Of a stretch of 64,000 bases of DNA, positions 24,304 through 39,300 are shown one piece after another. Position 1 is the stretch's first letter; every line of letters begins with the position of its first letter. Position numbers and translations under genes: made by a program. The notes beneath the pieces were generated by a model, which did no database searches, had not been told where the DNA came from, and was given only the letters and a program-made list of their open reading frames with translations. This DNA is from Chrysomallon squamiferum (Eukaryota > Animalia > Mollusca): NCBI GenBank assembly GCA_012295275.1, contig CM022665.1:44516001-44580000 (forward strand). Direction: 5' to 3'.

Positions 24304-24403
24304 GTAAACTCGGGTGTTTGTGGGATTGTACAAACGATAATGTAGCTGGATGTAAAAACAAAAGAGAGAAAGTGTTGATATTTTCAGCAGGAGATTAATT
24401 AAT

Positions 24404-24689
24404 ATGCCTCTTCCAATTCGAATCGTCGAGCCCATACTTCTGGGCAGGAGTAGTGGAGACGAGGGCGAAGAGAATGAAGACTGTGTAGCGGCCGAGGTTG
24501 CAGTAACTCAACGGACGATTCTGGGAGCGTTGGTCCAGTTGGCCACGCTCGTGCGGCACGCGGACGACCTCTTCTGCGACCTCACCGACGAGTGTCAGAA
24601 GGTTTTCGACCGAACCGAGCTGATCACGCACAAAATCAACATCGCCAGCGACATCATCCGTCAGCTCGATTCGAAGAAAGTGAAAATAC
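24404..24689 (+). CDS. NHS/NHSL1/GUK-holder family, first coding exon (WAVE-homology domain)
   Basis: MPLPIRIVEPILLGR...TILGALVQLATLVRHADDLFCDL...RQLDSKKVKI+C, then GTAAGT at 24690. Resembles recalled NHS N-terminus MPFAKRIVEP...LRQLSDVARHACSLFQEL...LDPKQEAVP. The split codon starting with C fits the NHS Pro. WAVE/SCAR is the less likely alternative. Confidence 0.82.
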
Positions 24690-26885
24690 GTAAGTTTTTG
24701 GGTTTTTTTGTTGTTTTTTTAAATAAAATAAACTTTTTTTTAAAATTTTTTTTTCCTCTCTCAAAGTTTTCGCACCTTCTCAACGTTTCTTTTAAAAAAA
24801 AACAAAAAAGAAAATTAAAATTGATTACCTTGTTTTAAATTTTGAAATCGCGCGGTTATATGTTGTGATCGGATTTCCTGTTCCCTGTGATAGTTTGTTA
24901 GATCTCTCTGGGGTGGGTTTGAGTGTAGTGTAATAAATTATAAGATTTTTTATTTTAACATCAAGCGCTTGTGTTGTAATGAACAAAATACATTTGACAT
25001 AAATTGTAATTTTTTTTTATCGCATACGTCCTTCCTTCCACACCCAGTTTAATAATTATAACACCAACTGTTGAATATTTAGAATTTAAATTTTTTTTGA
25101 ACTTATTGTTATAAACATTATATATATATTAAATTTAAAACAGATCATTTATCTGACCAAAATTTTAAAAAACAAAAGTTTAGAAGAAAATAAATAAATA
25201 AATAAATAAATAAATATAAATATAAATATAAATATAAATATAAATATAAATATAAATTAAATTAAAATGACACAAACACACACAAATACACATGTATACA
25301 TACAAACACATCTATTTCCAAAATGTATATTCAATTAAAATAAAATAATATATATTATCTCATTTGCTGAGAAATGTTTCTAATTTACTATTAAAATAAT
25401 TACAATAGGTTTAATTATTTTATTTTATATATATAATTATATCTCAAAACATTTTTCTCTCCCTTAATAACACTACATCTATTGCGTACGTAGATTCCAG
25501 TTAATTAAAAAATTACACCCCCTACTGAGGTGGTCAGAGATTATTAGATGTGTGATATATATCCGATATCACACAGGGTGCTGTCAACTAATTTATCTCC
25601 TATTGTTCAGCTACTTAATAATCTATTGTATGAACATAATAACAAAATATAAAATCTTAATAGGTGCACACATATTTAATATAAAATAGATCTCCTTTAC
25701 TGTATTCGCATAAAGATGAATACACAAATTTAATTGCTGCATCTATATTATACATAAAACATGTCTTCTGCTTTGTATTAAAGATAAATATAACAAGACT
25801 TGCTTGTTTGAAATTACGATAGCAAAACCCTTTGCATTGCCTGTCTGTTGCATATCTTCAATAACTCTACATGCACTCATATATATATATCCAGCTTTAC
25901 TGACAACACTAGTGCCATATATCACCATTTATTCATACCTGCAATTTAAATATTTATTATACCCATGGTTTCCATACAGTTAGGGATTTTGTACAATCAG
26001 TAATCAATAATGTGGAAACACACCCATCCAGTTTTGAAGGATATGTACTATATAATTAAGACCCCTTTTCTGTGTTACATAATAGTATTAATCGGAATAA
26101 TGATACTGCAGAGAATGCTGATTGTGTGATTTCTGCATGTTTTTCATTGTAAATAAGCTGCTGTACTTTACACATGTAAATGTATCTTCATGTGTGCACA
26201 TGTTGCATGTATTTGTAAAATGCATGCTGGAACACAGAGAGTTGTATTCATTTCTTTTAGACGTACTTACACATGCGTTAAATGCACACACATACATGTG
26301 TGCACAAGTGTGCATTGTGTGCACGCACATACACATGAATGCCTTGCCCACACAAAAACACATACATACATACATACATACTGTATAATTATACATATAC
26401 ATGTTATAAACACAAATACATACTACAAACATATCCAAAACAACTCCACATTGTAAATTTACATAAGAACATTACACACACACAGACAGACAGACACACA
26501 CACATAAATACATAAATAAATAAAATCCACAACAGACTAATAAAACATTATTGTTGTTATTTTTTTTTTATTTTTTTTTTATTTCAAGATAAACATCAGT
26601 AATGCTAACCTCCGAATATTTGTGTCTCTTTTTAAGTTTTATTCAAACTGGTTCAGCTGCATTGGTTAAGTTCTCTATTATTTTATTTTTTATTTTTTTG
26701 TTTTATAAAATATTATTATTAACATTATCTCTGAAGACATTTTATCAATGTCTCTGACATTTTTTTTTTCACTGCCCATTTCCTATAATTTTGCAATTTC
26801 CTCTTTCCGATTAAAATCTGATAATCTGTTTCATAAATGTTGTATGTCATGACCAAGAGTTTGTACAGTGTAATATGTTTCACTC

Positions 26886-26933
<48 letters not shown>

Positions 26934-27970
26934 CCAGTTATTTTTCTGCAAACTTGTAACAAAATAAAACAATATAAATATCCTGCTCATTTTTTTCTAT
27001 AATATTAGATAGATCTCTTTCATTATTTCGTACATAATGGGGTTAATTAATTCTCGTATATCACACATTCCTGTGGAATACCTTTATTTAAAAAAAAAAA
27101 ATTCTGTGTCTACATTTAAATATATAAAATAATCAGTGAAATTATTTCTTAATTTCTCTCTTTCACAGTTGGGGATCACCACAGAATGTAAATTTGTGAT
27201 AGACATTTTTATTTTATATTTTTTTTTTTTTTTTTTTGGTTTGTCACGGATATTAAATGTTAGCGGATAAGCAATAAAAATGGGCTGCAACCAATTCAAC
27301 GGCGTTCAGTTCAGAAACCAAAAGTGACATGAAAGATATCGTTTACCTGTGCTTAAGGTAAAGGTACAGATTCGTGTCTGAAAAAACCCCCCACAACATG
27401 TGTTGAGTGTTTGGTTTCAGCCAGATCTGTTTTATACTCATGATATTTTACTACGTAAACACTTTCCTTACCATTCACAGTAACCTGGGTACCTCCTCCA
27501 TCACCTTATGTGTAAAAAAATACAGGTGGTATCATTTCACTTTCTTAAAAAAAAAAAAAAAAAAAAAAAAATTGAATAAATTGAACACCTGTAGTTTATG
27601 GTTAATTAAGAACATAAGAGTATAAATGATGTGTGTTTTTTTTAAAAAAATATTTCAGTTTGAAGGGTGGGGGAAATGGAATTGATGATGATTCAAGATT
27701 TTAAAATATTTGTTTTAATAATGGTATTTTTAAAAAAGAAAGGTAGAAAGAGATAGAAGGTTAATTTTGTTTAAACTGAGATGATCTCAAAAATTGAAAG
27801 TTTTCAGTTTGAATGTGCATGAAATAAATTTCATGATGAATGATCCTCTTTTGTGGCAAATTTACTACTTTCCAGTTGTAATGTAGATAAGAGTGCGGTA
27901 TGTGTTTCCTTGTCAGTAGAAAGGTAATTGTAAAATATACTTTCTTCTTCTTCTTCTTCTTCTTCTTCTT

Positions 27971-28032
<62 letters not shown>

Positions 28033-28156
28033 TTTATTTATATCATATTTATTTACATATTTATTTATTTATTTATTTACTTATTTATTTATTTATTTAT
28101 TTACTTATTTATTATTTTTAAATGCTACAGATACTTAAATTCTGACTCATTTCACT

Positions 28157-28199
<43 letters not shown>

Positions 28200-29034
28200 T
28201 TATTATTTTTTTTTAAAGTCAAGTGAAACATTCTACACAAAGTTGCTCTCATTCTAAAAACAGAAATTAGCTGGCACAGAATACAACAATGTAATAACAG
28301 TGTGTTAAAACAATTATTTTTTTTTTTTTGTCTGTAATACAAAATGTAACAAAGTGGAATCAATGAAATCAGTATTGGGTTTGGGTTACTGCTAACCAAA
28401 CAACCCGAAAAACAATTTTCTCATTATAACTGACGGTGATTGGCCAGTTAACTATCGAAAAACTGTGTATCAAACCCAATAGTTATTGATTTCCCATTCA
28501 TGCCAATAAATGGAGCTGTCAATAAATTCACTATGAATGGATTTTCGTGACCATTTTGTCAGTTGCTGGTTGTGATAAAAATAAGTAATCCTTTCAGTTA
28601 CTGTTTGAAAGATATTGAGAATCTGTATTTGATACAGTGTGTTTTGTAAAAGTAATTAATTAAAGACTTCATAAATGTAAACACAACACACACACACACT
28701 CATAATGCCAAAATTATAAAATAAAAAAAAAAAAAAATTAAAGAATTTAAATTTGTTTAACATATTTGTTTTATAAGTTGAAGAAATAAAATTAAAATCA
28801 AATTTATGTTACTGAAATAAGTTTACTATAATTTTTTAGGCTTGATACAATCATTGGTCTGTTTCAGTTACCTATCAGAACACTCAGTAATTAGAAACTA
28901 CATCACTAACCCCATCCCATTGCCAAATAAATCGCGGATAATTTAAAACCTTGTTTTCACTGAGCAAACTAATGGAGCACTTCAAAGACACTGAATAAAA
29001 CACCAGTTAATACACTGTATTACTGACTTCAGAC

Positions 29035-29420
29035 TGTTAACATTGTTCTTCACTGTGCTACCTTAATAACAAAGTATTACATACTTGTTTCAATTTTAAC
29101 ATTGTTCTTCATTGTTTTAATTCTGCTACAACATTATTAACAAAGTATTACATACTTAGTTCAAGTTAAAATTGTTCTTCATTGTTTTAATTTCTTACAA
29201 CATTAATAACAAAGTATTACATACTTATTTCAAGTTAACATTGTTCTTCATTGTTTTAATTCTCTTACAACATTAATAACAAAGTATTACATACTTATCT
29301 CTCTCTTCATTGTTTTAATTCTGCTACATTAATAACAAAGTATTACATACTTAGTTCAAGTTAACATTGTTCTTCATTGTTTTAACTGTGTTACATTAAC
29401 ATCAACAAAAGTATCACATA
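29035..29420. repeat. ~60-bp minisatellite, about 6 copies
   Basis: Unit ttaacattgttcttcattgttttaattct..tacaacattaataacaaagtattacatactt. Confidence 0.9.
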
Positions 29421-30250
29421 ATTGTTTCAATGGCTTAACGACAAAGTATGAAAGCTGATTATACATTCACACAGTCTAATGTTGAATACAGGAAATTTAT
29501 CTTACTGGCTGATCAGTACTGACAGTGATGTTAACAGATCATTCATATCAGTCCACTATGACATACAAGAGGTAACAGCAGGTATATCAGATAAAACTGT
29601 TATCTTCAAATTTGCATAAATATGTTAAACAGACAGTGACATTTTAACATTTCTAGATATAAATGTCTGTGTGTGATATAACTTATATCGTATCTCTGCT
29701 GGCAGTCGGTATCAAATGTCTAGATGTATACTTCCATATTCAGATGGTGTGATATATAATCTGTGATCATATTTACAAGTAGTATTCAGTATATCCGTTT
29801 TATGTATATTTTTACTTCAGTATTCAACTGGTATGATATGATTTATCATATCTACCAACAGTTAGTAATATATTCAATTCATAAATATATACTTCAGTAT
29901 TCAGCTGGCACACGAAATAATCTATCATCAAATATCCATAGCATTATGGTAATATATATTGGTATATATATATATACTAATACATCAGTAATATGGCCAA
30001 GTGGTATGAAATATATCAGATACTACATCTAGTGCTGTATCAGTATTTTCCAATAGCCTGCGGGGAAATGACAGCTAATAATGTACAGCAGCATGAAAAA
30101 GCCAGCATGGTGTGACATACGCAGATATGTAAATATTCACATGTTGAATAAACAGCTGTTGTTTTGGACTTGACACATGCATGGAATTCGAATTTGTTAA
30201 AAATAAATAACTCATTTATTGCACCTCTTCAATAATAAAGTTGTTTTTTT

Positions 30251-30281
<31 letters not shown>

Positions 30282-30368
30282 CAACGATGTTGTGCCTAAT
30301 ATGTGTTTTAAATATCTTTGTTTTTGTTTAATGGCACCATTAAAACACATAAATTTTATATATATATA

Positions 30369-30401
<33 letters not shown>

Positions 30402-30614
30402 ATGTATTTTACAAGAACATGACAGTACATACCACATACTTTCATATGTCGGAGGTAGTACACTTGTTGATGTCTTTCAGTGGTAATTGTGGTTTCTTAG
30501 GTAAAGAAATTTTTTTATTTATTTTACAGCATTCGAATTATTTTAATGATTAATTATTAAAAATTATGGAATTTTGTTTTTCGAAAGTGAGGCCAACAAA
30601 AAAAGGAATTCTGT

Positions 30615-30735
30615 ATTTACTGTCAAGGGATCTTTCATAATTAAGTTTCCCATAACCAGAAAAAACACATCAACAGTTTTTTAATATATACGATATTTAG
30701 GAGCAGTGGTTAGAACAGGTAAAATAGGTCAGTGC
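30615..30735 (-). mobile_element. Degenerate copy of the same SINE-like family
   Basis: caagggatctttcat...ttcccataacca...acacat...gagcagtggttagaacagg is colinear with the 62130-62250 body. Confidence 0.4.
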
Positions 30736-31599
30736 TCTCTCTCTCTCTCTGTGACAGACTGGTTCATTAAACCACTTAGACACAACCTGTTTTCTAATTT
30801 ATTTTCCTAGCACATTAAGTAACTAATGAATAAATGAATACAAAATCATTATGCATGTCCACTTACATTTATCTTTTTTTCTTTTTTCCCTTTTTCCAAT
30901 TCATAATTGGTCTATCAGTGCAATGATTGGGCTAACAATGAAACACATGTTCCCACAGTTCTTATAAAACTTGTTGTCCTTTGTGTTGCACTGTGTTATA
31001 AGACTGTGAAAATGTACCATGTGCTGTGAAATCAATGTCGTATGTTACGGCCGTATTTAACGCTCGTTTGTTTAATATCTGTAATAACTGCATGTTTAAA
31101 TACTGCTGTGTTTGTCGCAGTTTTTGTGAGATTTTAACTATCGACGGCGATGGTATTTAATCAGCTGTTCTGAAGAATGGAGAATAGGATGTTTGTTTAT
31201 ATGTAGATGTGTGACAAAATTTAAGTTATTTTTAATACAGGATACTTTTAAAAAAAAAAAAAAAGTTTAATTGTGTGTCCCATGGATTATTTTTTTTTTT
31301 TTTATGCAGTTGTACTCATACATACTCAAACTCAAACACACTGAAATTCACTGTCAAAACCCAAACACACTGAAATTCACAGTCAAACCCACTCATCTTA
31401 AAATTACAAATATTTTCTTTGTGTTGGGATATCATTAAAAATATTTTTTTGATTTTTAAAAATTTTTTTTACCTGTTCTTTATTCATGTATTTTGTATTC
31501 ATGTATTTGCTAACAACTATTGCATAATATTAAAGCCATGACCATCTTCATTTCTTTTTCCTTCCCAGCCATTTTCTTTTGATGTTTTCATGAAACTAA

Positions 31600-31969
<370 letters not shown>

Positions 31970-32517
31970 ATTTGTATAAAAAAGTAGTAATTTTCCTTTC
32001 CTGTGCTTGCTGTTTTCATGAAATTAAAAGAGAGACAGAGAGAAAACAAGGGAGACAGAGAGAAAAAGAGAGAGAGACAGAGAAAGACAGAGACAGACAG
32101 ACAGACAGAGACTATTTGTACACCAAAAAGCAGTACACTTTTTTTTCTTTGCTGTTATTTTCCTCACATAACAAAACCTGAATGAAGACACTCGTACAAC
32201 CAAAACAACCTCACAAAATCCGGCTTTGACCAAGAACTGTTCCACTTGACACACAGACTGCCTCCATAACACTGAGATCAGCTTTGTTCTTCACCGTCAG
32301 GTCAGAGATATGAGAAATAAAACATGATGTTGCGTTATTATGGGACATCCGGTTTGAATTCGGAATGGCTTGAGACGAAGTGATCTCGTTTTTGCTGAAG
32401 ATAAAGTTGCCAAGATACAGAACAATTTGATATTGGCTTTTTTTTATGAAGAAGAATAAAAAAAAAAAATAGACCTCTTTAAGAAGTCTTTTGTTAGGTT
32501 TAGGCATTTTAGGTAGG

Positions 32518-32548
<31 letters not shown>

Positions 32549-32630
32549 ACTTAATCTTTTGATCTGGTTTTGAATAACTTGATCTCCTGCTTATGACAGG
32601 AAAATAGTTATTAGGATTTTTTATTTTTTC

Positions 32631-32661
<31 letters not shown>

Positions 32662-33399
32662 TTTTTTTATTTTTTTTTTTTTTTTATTTTGTGTGTATGA
32701 GTTTTTTTCCTTGATAGTTAAGATTTCAGGATATATATATATGACACAGCAACTTGAAACTGATAATGAATTTTAATGGCAAACATATTTTCATGGTTAT
32801 ATCACACTATTATCATTAATATCTTATTTCTTTTTTTTATTTTTTTTTTTTTAAAATAAGATTTCATCAGACTTATAAATACAGAGGACAGTCTTACCTT
32901 TTGGTTTTGTTGACAAGTTTTTAGGGTCATAGAAAATATCTTCCTTGATGGGGCTATTTTTACTTACTTATTCATTTATTAAACATCTATTATTATTATT
33001 ATTATTAGTAGTAGTAGTAATAGTAGTAGTAGTGGTAGTAGTAATAGTGGTACTAGTAGTAGTAGTAGTAGTAGTAATAGTGGTAGTAGTAATAGTGGTA
33101 GTAGTAATAGTGGTAATAAATTTATTGTTAGTGGTTATAGTAGTAAATTAATAATAGTACTTTAGCATAAATTTTATTATTATTAGTATTATTATTTTTA
33201 TTATCATTATTATTATTATTATTATTGTTAGTATTATTGTTATTGTAAATACTGTTATTATTATTATTATTATTTATTATTATTATTGTTACTGTTAATG
33301 TTATCATTATTATAGTTTTTTATTATTATTATTACTATTCTTATTAGTATAGTTGTTACTGTTGTTGTTGTTATTGTTGTTATTACTGTTGTATATTTT

Positions 33400-33430
<31 letters not shown>

Positions 33431-33618
33431 CGTTGTTGCTGTATTCGTGTCCATTTGGGGACGAATGACTCAACATCACAGTATGTGAGTTTTCCTGTCT
33501 TAGTGAAAAGGACTCTTTACCTCTGACACACATGATAAAATAAAATATTTCACAATGAGATCTCTGTTCTTATCACTTGTGTAAAGCTGTATATGACCGG
33601 GCAAAGAGCAAAAGTATA

Positions 33619-33653
<35 letters not shown>

Positions 33654-34184
33654 AAGGTGTTGTTAAATAAACACACACACACACACACACACACAACAAT
33701 TTTTTTTATAATGGTCATAATAATTACCGAACACAAGCGTTTTAGTCAAAATCCAAAAATAGACTTTCCTAGAGGGAAATGAATTGGCTTTTTACGTGAA
33801 ATGGATGTGTAATTGTCAGAGGAAATTCTCAGGTGACTGTCCATCACCACCACCAGCAAGTGGCAGGTAGCAGGGACAAAAGGGAAGGTTCCGGTTCAGC
33901 GGTTGTCGCAGTTACAAAGCCTGAGGCCAAAATGGTGGTGGGTGATGGTGTCAGAATCAATTCTCCTTTGAATCAGTTCATATTGATATTCTTTCTAGTT
34001 TTTGAGAGAGAAAGGTAGAAAAGGGATGGGGATGGGGTGAGAGGGGTTGAGGGAGAAAGAGAAGGGGGAGTAAGGGAGAAAGAGAGGGGGAGGGAGAGAG
34101 GAGAGAGAGACAGAGATCATTTGTATTTTAAAACTAAGAGACGGAAAGAGAGATTATTTGTATTGTAAACCTAAGAGGGAGATA

Positions 34185-34690
34185 GGAAGAGCAAGAGAGA
34201 GAGAGACAGAGATAGAAAGAGCAAGAGAGAGAGAGACAGATAGAAAGAGCAAGAGACAGAGATAGAAAGAGCAAGAGAGAGAGAGAGATAGAAAGCAAGA
34301 GAGAGAGAGACAGATAGAAAGAGCAAGAGACAGAGATAGAAAGAGCAAGAGAGAGAGAGAGATAGAAAGCAAGAGAGAGAGATAGAGATAGAAAGAGCAA
34401 GAGAGAGACAGAGATAGAAAGAGCAAGAGAGAGAGACAGATAGAAAGAGCAAGAGAGAGACAGAGATAGAAAGAGCAAGAGAGAGAGACAGAGAAAGTGC
34501 AAGAGAGAGACAGAGATAGAAAGAGCAAGAGAGAGAGAGATAGAAAGTGCAAGAGAGAGAGACAGAGATAGAAAGTGCAAGAGAGAGAGACAGAGATAGA
34601 AAGAGCAAGAGAGAGAGACAGAGATAGAAAGAGCAAGAAAGAGCAAGAGAGAGAGATAGAAAGAGCAAGAGACAGAGATAGAGAGAGAGA
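34185..34690. repeat. GA-derived compound minisatellite (unit about 22-30 bp)
   Basis: gagagacagagatagaaagagcaa repeated with variable GA count. Confidence 0.92.
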
Positions 34691-35245
34691 ACATTTGTAT
34701 AACGTGTTTGTATTGTGTTGTGTTAAACATAGACAGAAACTAAGTGGTATAATGAACACTGTTCAAGAGATAGTCTGTAAAAAAAAGATCCTTTGATGAC
34801 AATCCAGATGAATTACCCATTAAAATGACGGCTGTAAGAGTCTAAATTTCTTTCCTTCATTCATCATTAAACATTCTCTCAACCGGAACACTTCAGATAA
34901 CAACAGTTTACCATATTGGTTCGAAAAGTCTTTTTTTTTAAATGTCATTTTCTGTGCAAAAGATTCCTTGCTATATTAACTGTTATAGGATTAATGCTAT
35001 TTTCCTGTATAAAATATTGATATAAGAAGCCAGTACAGTTGTGACTGCAGACTTCTGGTTTTGTATCATCGCTAAATATTCAAACCAGATGGTGATTTAG
35101 TGTGTCAGATTAAAGATTCTTTTGATGTCAGTTGTCTTCACACTGTTACCTGCAATCACCTAATCACCCATGTGTGACTGTAATCACTGGACAGTGTCCA
35201 GTCATCCATGCAAGTTTTCACACCAAGAATGGTCATTAAGTTTTA

Positions 35246-35350
<105 letters not shown>

Positions 35351-35433
35351 ACATACACCTAAATAGCTGGCTAGCTAGATAGATACAGTTAAATATCCTG
35401 TCTTTGCCTCTTTCTCTATTTCTCAACCTCTTT

Positions 35434-35469
<36 letters not shown>

Positions 35470-35514
35470 CTTCAATTTTTTCTCTGTCTTTCTCAGTATC
35501 TGTCTTTCTTGAGT

Positions 35515-35602
<88 letters not shown>

Positions 35603-36188
35603 CCTCCCTCCCTCTTTCCCCCTCCCTCCCTTTCTGTCCCTCCCTCTCACTGTCTCAACAGGAGTGATAAATTTTATGGACTTAACTTTTTAAACACACA
35701 ATATGGAAATCTTCTTCTTACCACATACTGCACAGGGTTATCATTATCACTTCTGTTTATATAGCTACTCATAAAGATTTTTATTTATGAAGGCTTTTTC
35801 TTTTTTTTTTTTTTTTTTTTTTTATATACCTACCGAAGCAGGAAATTGTAGAATGATGACTGATATGGTGCATGGATATTGTTCCCTTTTCAAATACAGG
35901 TGTTTGGAGAAAAATAACAGGTAATGGTCTGATGAAAGAGAGAACTGGTGGAAATTAATGTACCTTTTTAAGTTATTGTTCATTTAGGCTGGGTTTTTTT
36001 TTTACCACACCTATTTGGGTGGAAATGTTATATTTGTGTAATGTTGTTGTGGTTGTTATTGTGGTTGTTATTGTTGTTTACGGTAATAATGATTTTTTCA
36101 TGAGTAGATGTAGAAAATGATTTTAATTCATCCTGTATGTTTGTATAAATATGTGTGTAGGTGTGTGTGTATGTATGTATAGGAGACT

Positions 36189-36224
<36 letters not shown>

Positions 36225-36278
36225 CATGTATATATATATATATATACACACACATACATATATATATATATAATACAC

Positions 36279-36324
<46 letters not shown>

Positions 36325-39300
36325 GTCACTTTATTATGTGTGTGTATGTTTGTACATATGTGTGTATATTTATTTATTTACCATAAATCATTTGACTGTC
36401 TTGTGTTTGTTACTATTATTATTATTAACAGTATATGTATATATATATATGGGTATATAAAAAATATTAATTTTTACAATATATTTTCTTCCTAAAACAA
36501 ATGCACAAACTGAGAACGTTAACATTTACCTAATTTACAGTATATAGCACATTATTGTTATTATTATTTAATCTTGTACAAAACATACTGTTGCTCTCAC
36601 TTTAACAGTTCATTTATCATTAACTCTTGATTTCTTTTATTTCTCATCTTCTTCCTTCAAATGGCTGATCTTTTTCCTTTTTTCAGACATTTTATTATCA
36701 GTTCCTTTTTTTCCATTCAATTATTATTATTGTCTACTCTTCTCCAGGGACATTTTGTATTAATCAGCCATTTTGAAATTTTTCTTAAATACAATGAAGG
36801 TTCAAGCATATCTGACATGGGCACCTCAGTGTTGTATAATAGCATGCACAACTGATAAAGATGTTGTCTTCCCAAAATAATGTTGGTATGTTAGATGTTC
36901 GGTTTAGAGACAAGAGAAGATATTCTTGTTGTATATTTTTGTCAATGGGCCCTTTTCACTGAACTCTGGAACTCATCCTGTATTGGTATTTGATCCCACT
37001 ATCTCTCAGTCTGGAGATTTAAAAGGAAATAAATTAATATTTTAACCATTGATTCAGAAATATTTTCACCTTAGTTAGGACATTAGTTTAAATTAATAAC
37101 AATTTATAATTTTTCACCTTTTCAGGTGATGGTAATAATTTATAACAGGTTTAGATCAAGTTAAAAACTAATTTCATTTTCGTTTTTTATTTTTTTTATT
37201 TTTTTTTTTTTCTGACTTGAAATAGTCAATAGCACTTTTAAATGTGACATGTTACGTATGTCGCAGTCCTGCTAAATTTCATGTTATGAATAAAAACCAG
37301 ACACATTTACGTTCACTTGCTTATTATCCGAGTAGGATGTTATGAATTTTGTGTCTGAAGAATGCGCAAACAACAGTGCATGTCAGAGAATGGAAGACTG
37401 CAGGATCGAGTGCATTGTAAATATTTGACGTTTTCCTCTTCGTCTGGTATATGTGATTGTTTTGTTTACAGATGCAACATGAAGTATTGATGAGTGTTAA
37501 AAGTTTTAGAAAAAGAAAATAAATGGAAAGAAAGTAATTTTGTATTGTCATTTGAATAATAGAAGATAAAAGTGAATATTTTTGTCAGTAAAGTAAAAAG
37601 ATATAATATGAAGTATTGATGAGTCTAAAAATTTTTAAAAAAAAAAAAAATAAATAAGAAAGAAATTTTTAAAGTAAAAAGATATAATATGAAGTATTGA
37701 TGAGTCTAAAAAATTTTAAAAAAAAAAAAGAAAATTAAAAGAAAGAATAAGAAAGAAATGCTATTGTCATTTGAATAATAGAAGATAAAAGTGAATATTT
37801 TTGTCAGTAATCTAAAAATAAAATAAATATTTTTTTTTGTTGTTCTTTGGTAACCCATAATCACCAAAATGTCAGAATTAAAAGATTTTTAAAAAAAGAA
37901 TTTTGTTTAATTTAAATTTTTTAATAGTATTTTTTTTTTTAAATTTGTTTTATAGATATATCATTTTTTTTTCAGTCTATTGATTTTTATATAAAAACAA
38001 AAAAACAAAACAGAAAAACAAACAAAAAAAACCTGTTATAATAATAATGAAGCAACTTAAAAAACTACACAAATATAAATAATTAAAAAAGGGATAAAAT
38101 AGAAACAATTACAGGTAATGAAAAAGAAACAACAATATATAATTAGTTAACATTAAAAAACCAAAAAAAACCCCACAAAAACAAACAACAAACTAATTAC
38201 TAAAAACTCAAAAAAAATGAAAAAAAAAATACAGAGAATACATCGATTTTTATATATAACAAAAAATTATAGATTTTTTTTTAGTAAATTAAACTATATT
38301 AGTATATTATAGTATAATTCACCAAAAAATGAGAGACATCAAAGGGAGTATTCCCTATTTAATAAAGTAATGGATTTCTCTAATTCCCCCACCATATGTT
38401 GTCTGTGTATTCAATGACCAGCACTTGCAAATACATAAATCATATTCGAAACAAGCAGCATCCATTGACAAAGGTAATTAATACCGGTTGCCAATTAATT
38501 TTACCTTAATTAATGACAGGTGTACATCCGATATGGTTACCAGCGAGGGTCTCACACCACGGTTAATCACATTAGTGTAACCGCATACTTTATGTTTATT
38601 AAAGAATAGTGGAAGGCAGTCACGCAACAAAATGATCATCTTGACAGAGTGATGATTGCCACAGATGATTAATAGGAAATAATACACGATTAATTGAAAT
38701 GATATGTAGATTGTTATTAATCTTTTTCAGAAATTGTTATTATTATACTGATTGATAATGGATGACGCAAATATTCGTTTAAAATGGGTGGGGTCTTTTT
38801 AAGGTGTGGGGGTTGTCATCACTGCACATGAGACACAGTAACAGCAACAACAACAACAACAACAGCAACAATAATAATGATGATGATAATCCATTAAAGA
38901 TAATAATGTTATTAACAATTACTACTACTACTACTACAACTACTACTACTACTACTACTAATAATAATAATAATAATATTAACAGCAACAACAACAACAA
39001 CAATTATTATTATTATTATTATTATTATGGTATTACTACTACTACTATTACTATTACTACTACTACAACTCCTATTATTATTAAAATTACCACTACTACT
39101 ATGGTTACTATTACAACTACTACTACTACTATTATTATTACAATTACTAACCACCACTACTACTATTATTACTATAACTACTACTGCTACTACTGCTACT
39201 ACTCTGCTATTATTACTACTGCTACTATGAATAATAAAAACAAAAAATAATAATAAAATAATTAAAATAAAATAAATAAATAAATAAATAAATAAATAAA

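Noticed and set aside
24690-24838. C-terminal part of ORF 24404..24838 (RKFLGFFVV...)
   Set aside because: Read-through into the intron past the GTAAGT donor at 24690.
35872-35920. Candidate alternative first exon MDIVPFSNTGVWRKIT+G|gtaatg (phase 1)
   Set aside because: Phase fits, but there is no promoter-like context or homology, and such short ATG-to-GT segments are expected by chance in 39 kb.
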